Shown: positions 1-8,705, numbered from the stretch's first letter. The stretch is DNA of 29,268 bases from Patescibacteria group bacterium (GCA_038062805.1 JBBTWK010000030.1:1-29268); one strand, 5' to 3'. Notes: generated from the letters alone by a model not told the origin. Program-made: numbers and translations.

Positions 1-477
1 GAACAAAGCATCACTATCAGTGATAGTGGTAATCTGAGCAAAGACGACGTAGAAAAAGCCGCTAAAGATGCCGAGGTCCACGCCGAAGAAGATAAAAAAA
101 AGCGCGAGGCCATTGAGGTCAAAAATCAGCTGGATAACGCTGTTTACCAAGCCGAAAAAATGAAGACCGACTACAAAGACAAACTGAGCGAGGAAGATTT
201 AAAGACTCTTCAAGAAGCGATTGATGAGGCTAAAACCCATCTGGAAGCAACCGATAAGGACGAGTTAGAAAAAGCCGCCAAAGATCTTAGCGAAAAGATC
301 ATGCCCATAGGCGCCAAAATGTATGAAGCGTCGCAAAGCGACGCGCCATCCGCCGCAGCTTCAGCGGAGGCGGACGAAACAAAGGAAGAAACCGACAAAC
401 CAAAGGGCAAAAAGGACAAGAATGAGCCCGTAGAGGGCGAAGTCGTCGACGATAAAGACACCAAGAAAGAAGAGTAA
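1..477 (+). CDS. dnaK: Chaperone DnaK (Hsp70), C-terminal part; 5' end lies outside the window
   Basis: Frame 1 is open from base 1: EQSITISDSGNLSKDDVEKAAKDAEVHAEEDKKKREAIEVKNQLDNAVYQAEK...KIMPIGAKMYE...EGEVVD, the typical DnaK lid and tail. dnaJ lies downstream. Confidence 0.95.
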   Translation, partial: EQSITISDSGNLSKDDVEKAAKDAEVHAEEDKKKREAIEVKNQLDNAVYQAEKMKTDYKDKLSEEDLKTLQEAIDEAKTHLEATDKDELEKAAKDLSEKIMPIGAKMYEASQSDAPSAAASAEADETKEETDKPKGKKDKNEPVEGEVVDDKDTKKEE

Positions 478-635
478 TGAAGCCGGCTAACTTCCTGCGC
501 TATGTACTGCTGCCGGTGGTGGCCGTGGCTGCGGGAGTTAAGTTAGGCGTAGAGTATGCCAAAAATCATTATGTTGCCAAAGACCGCAAATTCATCGAGG
601 GAAAAATAGTCAGTAAGAAAAATCAAGATGGTTAA
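477..635 (+). CDS. Small hypothetical protein, 52 aa, with an N-terminal hydrophobic segment (not in the ORF track)
   Basis: Hand translation [55 protein letters not shown] overlaps the dnaK stop (TAATG) and the stop overlaps the next ATG at 628. Confidence 0.6.
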   Translation: MKPANFLRYVLLPVVAVAAGVKLGVEYAKNHYVAKDRKFIEGKIVSKKNQDG

Positions 636-891
636 ACGAGATTTTGAGGGGGAGTTTGGCAAAATAGTGGCAACGTATGCTGCCGCTCGTGACCGTACAC
701 TCAGATATTTTTACTGGGATGTTATTCATGGAAGAACACAACCCTTGTCGGAAGCCCACGGTCTTATAGAAGACGAGGTCTGTCATACATATAATCTAAC
801 CGCAGACCAATATCGTCAAGCTCTGGGGAGGTGCATCGCTAATATAGTGGATGTGAAAACGGGTAAAGAGATGTTTGGCCATGGCAGCTAA
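628..891 (+). CDS. Hypothetical protein, 87 aa
   Basis: ORF overlaps both the upstream small ORF and the dnaJ start. No recognised motif. Confidence 0.6.
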   Translation: MVKRDFEGEFGKIVATYAAARDRTLRYFYWDVIHGRTQPLSEAHGLIEDEVCHTYNLTADQYRQALGRCIANIVDVKTGKEMFGHGS

Positions 892-1987
892 AAGAGACTA
901 CTACGAAATACTGGGTGTAAATAAATCGGCCTCGGCGGATGAACTCAAAAAAGCTTACCGACGTTTGGCTGTCCAGCATCACCCGGACCGCGGCGGCAAT
1001 GAAGCCCAGTTTAAGGAAGTAAACGAAGCCTACGAAGTTTTAAAAGATTCTAGCAAACGCCAGCGTTACGACCAGTTTGGCCATGCTGGCGTAGGTAGTA
1101 GCGCCGCCAGCGACGGCGGCCCCTTTGGCGGCTTTGGCGGTCCAGGCCAGGAGTTTCATTTTGATTTTGGCGATCTGGGACTAGGCGATATTTTCAGCAG
1201 TTTTTTTGGTACCTCCCCGGGCGGGGGCCAGCGCCAAAGCCGCGGCCGCGATGTCGAAACCAGTGTAGAAATTAGTTTCGAACAAGCCGTTTTTGGCACC
1301 GAAGTTGATCTGCGCCTGACCCTGGAAGACACCTGCGAGCACTGCAAAGGCACGACCGTCGAACCAGGCCACGAACTGCAAACTTGCGACAACTGCAAAG
1401 GCAGCGGCCAAATCACTAATGTTATGCGGACTGTCTTTGGCAATATCCAGCAAGCTGCGCCGTGCCCAAAATGCAAAGGCAAGGGTAAAATCCCCGAAAA
1501 ACTCTGTAGCGTCTGCGTTGGCAAGGGCACCCAGCGTAAAAACCAGGTAATCAAGCTCAAAATCCCAGCCGGCATCGATGACGGCGCCACCATCCGTCTG
1601 CGCGAGCACGGCGAAGCCATCGCAGCCGGCCCCAAAGGCGATTTATATGTACTTATTCGGGTCAAGCCGCACAAAAAATTCACCCGCGAAGGCGATTTAA
1701 TCCTGTCAGCCGAACATCTTGGTATGGTAGACGCGGCGCTGGGCACCCAAATCAGCGTTGAAACAGTCGACGGTCCAGTCCGTATGAAAATACCCGCCGG
1801 AACCCAAAGCGGCAGCGATTTTAAACTCTCTGGTCACGGCGTGCCCCACATCCAGGGCTCTGGCCGCGGCGCCCACATTGTAACAATCTTAGTAGATACG
1901 CCGACCAAACTCTCCGCCACGCAAAAACAGCTGCTTGAAGATCTAAAAAGTACCGGTAGTAAAGAACACTTTTGGGAGAAACAATGA
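881..1987 (+). CDS. dnaJ: Chaperone DnaJ
   Basis: [10 protein letters not shown]-domain start, HPD motif, G/F-rich region and four CxxCxGxG zinc-finger repeats. ATG 881 is preferred over TTG 875. Confidence 0.98.
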   Translation: MAAKRDYYEILGVNKSASADELKKAYRRLAVQHHPDRGGNEAQFKEVNEAYEVLKDSSKRQRYDQFGHAGVGSSAASDGGPFGGFGGPGQEFHFDFGDLGLGDIFSSFFGTSPGGGQRQSRGRDVETSVEISFEQAVFGTEVDLRLTLEDTCEHCKGTTVEPGHELQTCDNCKGSGQITNVMRTVFGNIQQAAPCPKCKGKGKIPEKLCSVCVGKGTQRKNQVIKLKIPAGIDDGATIRLREHGEAIAAGPKGDLYVLIRVKPHKKFTREGDLILSAEHLGMVDAALGTQISVETVDGPVRMKIPAGTQSGSDFKLSGHGVPHIQGSGRGAHIVTILVDTPTKLSATQKQLLEDLKSTGSKEHFWEKQ

Positions 1988-3837
1988 CCGAGATACCCAC
2001 AAAGCCGTCGGAGCTTTGGCCCTATGTTGAGCGGCCTGGAGTTAAAGCTAACCAATACGTCGAAGCTCTTTTTTCAGGACCGGAGGTTCATCTAACCGAC
2101 CAAGAAAAAGAAACAATTGGGCAGTTTGCCCAGGGTCTTTTTAATGGTCGTTATTCCAAGGAAATTCGTTGTGATTCAAGCTCAAATCTTGAGCAAATTT
2201 ATCAAACGTCGCCACTCGATGCTCAACAAAGTTTCTACCTTGGTTACTTTAAAACCGAAAAGGGTAAAGAAGCCTTGAGACAACTTGGCATTAGCTCGGC
2301 AGATCAGGCCGCAATAACGCCAGCCCTTGATAATATAGAGGCCATACCTGAGCAGGTAGAAGACCCAACCCGCAAAAAAATCGCCGCCGATAGTCTAAAT
2401 TGGTATAAAGACCAGCTGGCTGAACAGCTAACCCATGACCCGGCCGACGATAATAAATATGAGGACATTCCTCCATTTAAGGTTAACTATGCTCCTGAAA
2501 AACTACTTGATAAGCTAGATGCCCTTCGTGCTTACCGTTTATTTTATAGACAAGTCAGAGGAGCCTTAAAACAGGAAGAAGCTACTAACTTACGCTACGC
2601 TAAAGAAGTTGTACTTGGTATCTATAGAGCACGTATCAATGGTATGGTGGCCGCTATGTACAGAGGGGCATTCGATCTCGCCCAGCAACTCAATAGATCT
2701 CAGAAGGACGAGCAAACTAAAATGCGGCAAAGCCGTCTTGGCAGGACCCTGCCTGTTGTAGCGGCTACATTTTTTCAGGAAAGGGAAAACAGAGTTTTTG
2801 GCATCGAAGAACTAGCCGGCAACTTTGCCCGGCGGCTGGACTTTATACGCAATGGTGCAGCCTGGCAAGACAGCAGTGATTTCTCACCAATTAGCCCGGA
2901 GCTAGCCAAACTGACAGACGAATTATCTCATAAATCCGAGGAACCCAAGACAACGGAAGCCCAAATCCCCCGACAAGTAGTTGAAAAACTGGACAGTATT
3001 AAATGGAGTGCTGGGCAAATGAAGGAACTTGCAGAGGCAGTTTTGACCGAGTGGCAGCTTTTGAGCAATCAGCAAGCCAGCTGGACAGATGTGGAGACGC
3101 GGGACGGCTTTGCAGCTGACGCACGGTGGCAAGTAATAATTACACCTAAAGCAAAAATCATGTCGGTTGACGGCTCAAAACGAACTCTGAAAATACCCGA
3201 AAAATTTGACCGTACTCTTACCCAAGACGCACCTGCCGGCGTATTACCCGTACTGGCGCACGAACTAACCCATTTGCTTCAGTGCGACTACGACTACCAA
3301 GTAGGCCAACTAATACCGTTAGCCAAAATCCAAGGCCGCCGAACTACAACCATGCGAGAGGCCGGAACAATATTCCAAGAGGATAAAATTCAGGCAATGT
3401 TCGACCGCCAGAGGCCGGCTAATGCCCACTACTTACGGGCGCTCCAAGCAAAGCTGTCTGGCGGCAATAGGCTGGAAGTGGCCCGGGCCTTTTACGACTC
3501 CCATATGAGAGATAAAGAGCCTTCACAAGATAAACAAAAAACTGCCAGAGAATTAGCGGCTGATAGAATTCTCCGTTTTTATAATCACGGTGGGCACGAT
3601 TCGTATCCGCTAAATTACCTGGAACAAGAACTTATAGCTCGTAGCTTGTCGCATTTACCGCAGGAAAAGATAGAATCTTTATTGATCGCAGGTGTCAGCT
3701 TTGATCTATCAGATGCAGCACTTTTACACAAAATGGACCTCTTAAATATCCCTGAAAAAATAGACCGGCATCCAGCTGATGAAGTTTGGCGCGTATTCTC
3801 CGAAAAATACTTACCCGACATTTTGGCAAGCAACTAA
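1984..3837 (+). CDS. Putative zinc metallopeptidase, DUF1704/MATCAP-like C-terminal domain
   Basis: VLAHELTH (HExxH), followed by MREAG (cf. the tEEGLA third-ligand motif), then DRILR and NYLE segments in the order seen in DUF1704 proteins. ATGA overlap with the dnaJ stop. Family call made by eye. Confidence 0.55.
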   Translation: MTEIPTKPSELWPYVERPGVKANQYVEALFSGPEVHLTDQEKETIGQFAQGLFNGRYSKEIRCDSSSNLEQIYQTSPLDAQQSFYLGYFKTEKGKEALRQLGISSADQAAITPALDNIEAIPEQVEDPTRKKIAADSLNWYKDQLAEQLTHDPADDNKYEDIPPFKVNYAPEKLLDKLDALRAYRLFYRQVRGALKQEEATNLRYAKEVVLGIYRARINGMVAAMYRGAFDLAQQLNRSQKDEQTKMRQSRLGRTLPVVAATFFQERENRVFGIEELAGNFARRLDFIRNGAAWQDSSDFSPISPELAKLTDELSHKSEEPKTTEAQIPRQVVEKLDSIKWSAGQMKELAEAVLTEWQLLSNQQASWTDVETRDGFAADARWQVIITPKAKIMSVDGSKRTLKIPEKFDRTLTQDAPAGVLPVLAHELTHLLQCDYDYQVGQLIPLAKIQGRRTTTMREAGTIFQEDKIQAMFDRQRPANAHYLRALQAKLSGGNRLEVARAFYDSHMRDKEPSQDKQKTARELAADRILRFYNHGGHDSYPLNYLEQELIARSLSHLPQEKIESLLIAGVSFDLSDAALLHKMDLLNIPEKIDRHPADEVWRVFSEKYLPDILASN

Positions 3838-3852
3838 AAAACGCGGGATTTT

Positions 3853-4500
3853 CTAAGAATCTCGCTTACGCTTTTCCAGCTCCTCCAGTAGTATTGGTAA
3901 ATTACGTGGATCGATTTCATATTTAAGTATCAAATCACCTATTTGCTCTACAGCTTCCCACTGCTCAGGAGTTTTACTAGCTACTTTTCTTTCACGCTTG
4001 GCTGTATACATAGCAGAGTCTGCTCTTTTAAGAAACTCAGTCGCTTTTTCACCATGGTGTACAACACCGCCAATTGATGCCCCAACCCCATTTTCATCAA
4101 GCGCCAATTGTACGCGCCCTAAAACTATTTGAAGCCCTTCTTCGTTATTAACATCATGAAGTACAACTACAAACTCATCACCAGATAAGCGGATACTATC
4201 ACCATTACGCCCCTCCTGATCATGGCGGGTTTTTTCGTCTAGCACCTGACCGGCTCTTTTAAGGTATATGTCTCCCGCTTCATGGCCCTGAGTGTCGTTT
4301 AATTGTTTAAAATCATCTAAATCTAGCATTAGTAGACCTATTCTTCCAGAACCTTCTTGAATTATCTGGGGCAGATGGTCGGCCAACCAAGCGCGGTTCT
4401 TTAAGCCTGTAAGTTCATCGGTATATATCCGAGGATCTACCTCTATTCTCGGTGGTAGGTTAAACCCTTCAGGCGCAGAAACTGGATTGCCATTCGTCAT
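3853..4500 (-). CDS. Stand-alone GGDEF-domain protein (putative diguanylate cyclase)
   Basis: TDELTGLKNR, LDLDDFKQLNDTQGHEAGD, RLSGDEF, ASIG and ADSAMYTAK. No sensor domain. Confidence 0.92.
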   Translation of the reverse strand: MTNGNPVSAPEGFNLPPRIEVDPRIYTDELTGLKNRAWLADHLPQIIQEGSGRIGLLMLDLDDFKQLNDTQGHEAGDIYLKRAGQVLDEKTRHDQEGRNGDSIRLSGDEFVVVLHDVNNEEGLQIVLGRVQLALDENGVGASIGGVVHHGEKATEFLKRADSAMYTAKRERKVASKTPEQWEAVEQIGDLILKYEIDPRNLPILLEELEKRKRDS

Positions 4501-4552
4501 GGTGTATATTATAGCATAAGAGTTATACTCTTGTCAAAGACGGTTGTGTTTA

Positions 4553-4624
4553 CTTGCCCCGTACCAAAACCTGAGCGAAATAGTCCGCAACCAGATTATG
4601 TAGCTTCAAGTTTTTGGTGTGGGG
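4553..4624. repeat. ~70-nt imperfect palindromic element, copy 1 (family with 20054-20126 and 26464-26539)
   Basis: 59/67 identity by hand alignment to the reverse complement of 20060-20126. The arms CCCCGTACCAAAACCTGA and TCAAGTTTTTGGTGTGGGG pair. Confidence 0.85.
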
Positions 4625-4650
4625 TTAGCTTTAGGATTACAATAACTGTG

Positions 4651-4764
4651 ATGACTTATAAAAATACAAATCAGTCCGGTTTCATCCCCATGATTATCAT
4701 GATTTTGCTTGTCCTGGGGGTAATAATCTGGCTGGCCTACTCCCGTGTCTCCACAGCCCACTAG
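4651..4764 (+). CDS. 37-aa prepilin-like (class III signal peptide-like) micro-protein
   Basis: MTYKNTNQSG|FIPMIIMILLVLGVIIWLAYSRVSTAH: polar leader, GF cleavage-like site and about 18 hydrophobic residues. Lacks Glu at +5. Confidence 0.55.
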   Translation: MTYKNTNQSGFIPMIIMILLVLGVIIWLAYSRVSTAH

Positions 4765-4808
4765 CATAATCCGTAGACAAAAATATAAAAAAGTGATATA
4801 ATAAAGCC

Positions 4809-6140
4809 ATGCCTCAACCCAAAGGCCAGTCTACTATTGGCCGCGTTACCAAAGTCGATTTTCCAAAGCTCGGCATTACCGATGTCCTCGCCAAGGTGGA
4901 CACCGGGGCCGACTCTTCTTCAGTGTGGGCTAGTAACATCAAAGAGCGGGCCGGAAAGCTCTCTTTCACGCTTTTTGCACCGGGTTCCCCGTACCACACG
5001 GGCGGAGTTATAACAACTCGCCATTATCATATCCGTTCGATCAAAAATTCGTTTGGGCAGGCAGAGTTTAGGTATAAAGTCAGCCTCCAAGTAACACTAG
5101 AGAACCGGACGGTAAATGTCAGCTTTACCCTGGCCAACCGTTCCGATAACCGTTTTCCGGTGTTAATTGGACGCCGCACACTGCACGGGCGATTTTTAAT
5201 AGATGTATCCATTGATGATAAAGCCAAATATGAAATTTTGGTAATTCGCTCTGGTGATACTGGTTCGACGAAGGTTTCCGGAAGTTTTTTCAAACATCTG
5301 AAGCAAGAAAATAAAAAACTGAGCTTCAACTTTGTTAATCTCAGTGATTTAGAATTCCTACTTGGTGGCACTGAGCCCCGAGTGCAGATCAGTAGAACAA
5401 AGCAAGATATTGCTGACTTTGACTTGGTATATTTCCGCGTATTTTTAGCCAACTTCGAAATAGGCGCCGCCGCCGCCCAGTACCTGCAGTCTAAAAACGT
5501 GCCGTTTATGGACCGCTCGTTACTTCTGCACCACCAATCTGTCAACAAACTACATCAGTTGCTGTGCCTGCAGAGCATGGGCGTGAAGGTGCCGGAGAGC
5601 ATATTTGTAATGCCAACTAGCCTTCCGGGTTCTTACCAGAGAGCTGTTAAACAACTTGGCTCGCCTTTTGTACTGAAAGATATCCGCGGCAAAAGAGGTC
5701 GCAATCTATTCTTGATCAGCAATAAGGCAGAGTTTGACAAAGTCTGCAAACGAACCAAGGAACAGAACCTGGACATGATTGCCCAGCGATTCATTCCGCA
5801 CGAAGGCCACTATCGCTTGATTGTACTTGGCAAGCGCATAGAGCTGGTTATCTTCATGACGCATAAACTCTCTAGCCCTCGTATGAATAAAAAGGTGACC
5901 AAGGGTCGCTCGGTATTAGGAGATGAACTAGTTTTGCCAGGGGCGATCAGGCAAATGGCCATTACCGCCGCTAGTGTTTCGCAGGTGGAAATCGCCGGTG
6001 TTGATATATTGCAGGACAAAGAAACTGGGCTGTGGTATTGTCTAGAAGTCAACGAAAACCCTCAGCTTGTAACTGGCTCATTCGTCAAGCAAAAAGAAGA
6101 AATTTTGGCAAAGTATTTAATGAAAAAACTAGGTCAATAA
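4809..6140 (+). CDS. Fusion of a RimB-like retropepsin-type aspartic peptidase (ATP-dependent Zn protease family) and a RimK-like ATP-grasp domain
   Basis: N-terminal AKVDTGADSSS and LIGRR motifs. C-terminal FDLVYFR, NKL..L.L...GVKVP, PFVLK, GVDI and LEVNENP. Confidence 0.85.
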   Translation: MPQPKGQSTIGRVTKVDFPKLGITDVLAKVDTGADSSSVWASNIKERAGKLSFTLFAPGSPYHTGGVITTRHYHIRSIKNSFGQAEFRYKVSLQVTLENRTVNVSFTLANRSDNRFPVLIGRRTLHGRFLIDVSIDDKAKYEILVIRSGDTGSTKVSGSFFKHLKQENKKLSFNFVNLSDLEFLLGGTEPRVQISRTKQDIADFDLVYFRVFLANFEIGAAAAQYLQSKNVPFMDRSLLLHHQSVNKLHQLLCLQSMGVKVPESIFVMPTSLPGSYQRAVKQLGSPFVLKDIRGKRGRNLFLISNKAEFDKVCKRTKEQNLDMIAQRFIPHEGHYRLIVLGKRIELVIFMTHKLSSPRMNKKVTKGRSVLGDELVLPGAIRQMAITAASVSQVEIAGVDILQDKETGLWYCLEVNENPQLVTGSFVKQKEEILAKYLMKKLGQ

Positions 6141-6152
6141 CGAGGCATAACA

Positions 6153-7058
6153 ATGAGAATAGTAATTTTATCTAAAGGCCCATCTAATTACACCACTAGG
6201 CGTCTCAAAGAGGTGGCGGTGGCTAAAGGCCATGAACTACGTGTGGTCAACTATGCCAAGTGCTACCTGACTGTAGAAAGAGGCAATCCAGTCGTCTATT
6301 ACAAGGGTGAAAAGCTAACAAATATCGACGCTATTATTCCACGTATTGCCCAAAGCTATACCAAATACGGCTCGGCTGTGGTGCGACAGTTTGAAATGCA
6401 AGGGGTATATACTACCGCTAGCTCGATTGCTATTGTTAGGTCGCGCGATAAACTGCGGGCCTACCAATTGCTGGCCAAGGCTGAGGTAGGAGTACCAAAG
6501 ACAGTCTTTGCCTTGGAGACTGCCGACTTTGACGAAGTTATCGAAGCCGCCGGTGGCGCGCCGGTAATAATTAAAGTGGCCCGTGGTACCCATGGTAATG
6601 GCGTAGTGCTTGCCGAAACCCGCAAAGCCGCCAAAGCTGTAATGCAAGCCTTTTACGTTGAAGGTGTGAGTTTTTTGGTCCAAGAGTTTATTGAAGAATC
6701 AGCCGGCAGCGACATTCGAGCTATTGTAGTTGGTGGCCGAGTGGTGGCCAGTGTTAAGCGTCAAAGCCTGGATGATGATTTCCGTTCAAACACCCACCAA
6801 GGCGGTGTAGGTACAGCCGTAAAACTTACTTCTGAAGAAGAGAAAACAGCCATTCGGGCGGCCAAGGCCATGGGCCTACCTATTTGCGGTGTTGATATGA
6901 TGCGTTCTGACCGAGGTCCGCTGGTGCTCGAAGTTAATTCTTCTGCCAGTCTGAAAACACCCGAAACGGTTACTAAGCGGGATGTCGCGGCACAGATCAT
7001 TGAATACGTTGAGCGTAATGCCAAGGGCAGACACAAAAAAGACCGGGTCGGTGCTTAA
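6153..7058 (+). CDS. rimK: RimK-family alpha-L-glutamate ligase
   Basis: MRIVILS, DAIIPRI, RSRDKL, GTHGNGV, QEFI, DIR, FRSNTHQGG, GVDM and LEVNSS. Confidence 0.95.
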   Translation: MRIVILSKGPSNYTTRRLKEVAVAKGHELRVVNYAKCYLTVERGNPVVYYKGEKLTNIDAIIPRIAQSYTKYGSAVVRQFEMQGVYTTASSIAIVRSRDKLRAYQLLAKAEVGVPKTVFALETADFDEVIEAAGGAPVIIKVARGTHGNGVVLAETRKAAKAVMQAFYVEGVSFLVQEFIEESAGSDIRAIVVGGRVVASVKRQSLDDDFRSNTHQGGVGTAVKLTSEEEKTAIRAAKAMGLPICGVDMMRSDRGPLVLEVNSSASLKTPETVTKRDVAAQIIEYVERNAKGRHKKDRVGA

Positions 7059-7061
7059 AAC

Positions 7062-7098
7062 AATCCCCATTTTCTGACATATGTTTGAAATAGGGGAT
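7062..7098. repeat. Hairpin element with ACATATGT apex, copy 1 (possible terminator after rimK)
   Basis: ATCCCC...GGGGAT arms. The 14-nt core TTCTGACATATGTT is shared with the reverse complement of 12696-12709. Confidence 0.65.
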
Positions 7099-7140
7099 GG
7101 ATTGTTCTCGGTAATAAAACGCTAGTGGTAAAATGACGGT

Positions 7141-7611
7141 ATGGGTGAAATATTGCTAGCCGTCTTAATTTTCGGGCCTCTGGCGCTAACTTTTTTGCTT
7201 AAAAGCAATGCCGCTTTGGGTTTTTTGGTTTTGTGCGCTGGCTTTGTGCTCAGCACCTCTGTTATCGGTGATTTAAAACAGCTGCTCAGCCAGCTTAATT
7301 TATCAACTACCAACAGCACCGTTGGCATTATTCTTTTGACCGTTCCGTTAGTTTTAACCCTGCTGCTAACAAGGGGATCGGCTGGAAAGGGTTTTAAATT
7401 TTGGCTGCAGCTAGGGGCTGCACTTTGCGGGGGCGGCCTACTTGCCCTGTCTGTTGGACCAATCCTAAGTAGTTCATCACAATTTGATGTTACAACTTCT
7501 AGCTTCTGGACCAATTTGCAAAAAATCCAGTCAGAAGTTATCGGCATCGGTGCTTTGATTAGCTTGCTGCTAATCTGGTTCAGCGGTTTCAAGTATCGTA
7601 AACACCACTAA
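7141..7611 (+). CDS. Hypothetical integral membrane protein, 156 aa
   Basis: About five hydrophobic segments. Extended -10 (TGgTAAAAT) lies 6 nt upstream of the ATG. Confidence 0.8.
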   Translation: MGEILLAVLIFGPLALTFLLKSNAALGFLVLCAGFVLSTSVIGDLKQLLSQLNLSTTNSTVGIILLTVPLVLTLLLTRGSAGKGFKFWLQLGAALCGGGLLALSVGPILSSSSQFDVTTSSFWTNLQKIQSEVIGIGALISLLLIWFSGFKYRKHH

Positions 7612-7616
7612 TTACA

Positions 7617-7838
7617 CTAACGCAGAGGTTTCTTGCCCGTTTTGATGTATTCGAGGATGCCGTATATCAAAATTGGCACTCCGATAAAGAAAGAAATAAC
7701 CCCTAAAAAGCCCATCCAGTAAGGAGCTGAGCTGCCAGCACCATACCACATCAAAGCTATGCCCAACAAAACTAAAACTAAACCACGGATTACTATCCAC
7801 TTACTTTGTTGTTCGCTTATCTGATTTGTAAGTTTCAT
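7617..7838 (-). CDS. Small membrane protein, 73 aa, two predicted TM helices
   Basis: Two hydrophobic stretches followed by a basic tail. Convergent with the previous gene. Confidence 0.65.
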   Translation of the reverse strand: MKLTNQISEQQSKWIVIRGLVLVLLGIALMWYGAGSSAPYWMGFLGVISFFIGVPILIYGILEYIKTGKKPLR

Positions 7839-7879
7839 GTCATAAATTTAGATGAGATGTAACAATTTGTAAATGCTTA

Positions 7880-7895
7880 TGGAGGGCCTTAGTGG
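7880..7895 (-). repeat. Degenerate copy of the tRNA-Lys 3' end (att-like)
   Basis: TGGAGGGCCTTAGTGG versus the tRNA's TGGAGGGCCCAGTGG at 8885. Confidence 0.6.
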
Positions 7896-7934
7896 AAAGT
7901 ATTGTGATTAAATTGCAGGATAATCCTAAGCTGT

Positions 7935-8483
7935 TTATTCTTGCTTTTCCAGATACCGCTTGAAGCTATCAACCCCCTGGACATCATTTTTTAGCACAGC
8001 ATCATAAATGACTACAGTTTCTATATCTTCGGGCAGTAAGCCATCGCGCCTTGCCACTTTCAGTTCAAGTATTTGTTCTTTTTGAGCGTCACTATAGCGA
8101 GAATACAGCTCTCTCGGAGGCAACATCTCGGCTAATTCACTTGGGGAAACCATCAATATATCTACTTTCCATCTATGACCCCTGAAATCCTGTTTTATGC
8201 AAAAGTAGGGTCTGGCAGGTACATTTGTCGACCAGTCGCAAAACATAATGCTATTCCACCAGCCATTATTTATAAGCGCAATCGTCATCTCATCGGCAAG
8301 TTTTCTGGTGGGCTTTTCAGTACTTACAAAGAAATCTATGTCAGAATCGAGCATTAAATCGTACACATAACTGCCAGTTGGGGTAACTTTGCCAAACTTT
8401 TCTAGCAGCTCTATTATTTTTGAGGATTCTACAAGAACAGTAGCGTCATCGTGCCAGCGTTTTGACTCTTTAAGTAAGTTCAT
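7935..8483 (-). CDS. Putative Pol-beta-superfamily nucleotidyltransferase
   Basis: TGSYVYDLMLDSDIDF (GS...DxD) and a later WKVDI strand carrying the third carboxylate. Confidence 0.65.
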   Translation of the reverse strand: MNLLKESKRWHDDATVLVESSKIIELLEKFGKVTPTGSYVYDLMLDSDIDFFVSTEKPTRKLADEMTIALINNGWWNSIMFCDWSTNVPARPYFCIKQDFRGHRWKVDILMVSPSELAEMLPPRELYSRYSDAQKEQILELKVARRDGLLPEDIETVVIYDAVLKNDVQGVDSFKRYLEKQE

Positions 8484-8497
8484 CTCATCATCATAAC

Positions 8498-8520
8498 AAA
8501 AACGACCAGCAAGGTCGTTT
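8498..8520 (-). terminator. Intrinsic terminator following tRNA-Lys 3' repeat copy 3
   Basis: AAACGACC-AGCAA-GGTCGTTT stem with a U-run on the minus strand. Confidence 0.6.
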
Positions 8521-8534
8521 AAGTATAAGTATCT

Positions 8535-8550
8535 TGGAGGGCCCAGTGGG
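8535..8550 (-). repeat. Exact 16-nt copy of the tRNA-Lys 3' end
   Basis: TGGAGGGCCCAGTGGG, identical to 8885-8900. Confidence 0.9.
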
Positions 8551-8681
8551 GTGAGCGCACATCTGCGCTCGTCCTCGGAGTAAACTTTTGTGGGCGAGCT
8601 TGATGACCGAACCCACGACTGGCATCTTCGCCTATGGCGAATCTACGTCGTGGAACCGGAAGCCCACAAGAACAACCACGC

Positions 8682-8705
8682 AAAAAGCCGACCACAAGGG
8701 TCGAC
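8682..8705 (-). terminator. Intrinsic terminator following tRNA-Lys 3' repeat copy 2
   Basis: GCCGACC-ACAAG-GGTCGAC stem next to an A5 run (U-run on the minus strand). Confidence 0.6.

Noticed and set aside
1156-1746. 196-aa and 142-aa antisense ORFs inside dnaJ
   Set aside because: Shadow ORFs of a well-supported gene. The same applies to those opposite rimK, the fusion, gdhA, ftsH, ruvB, pilO and pilM.
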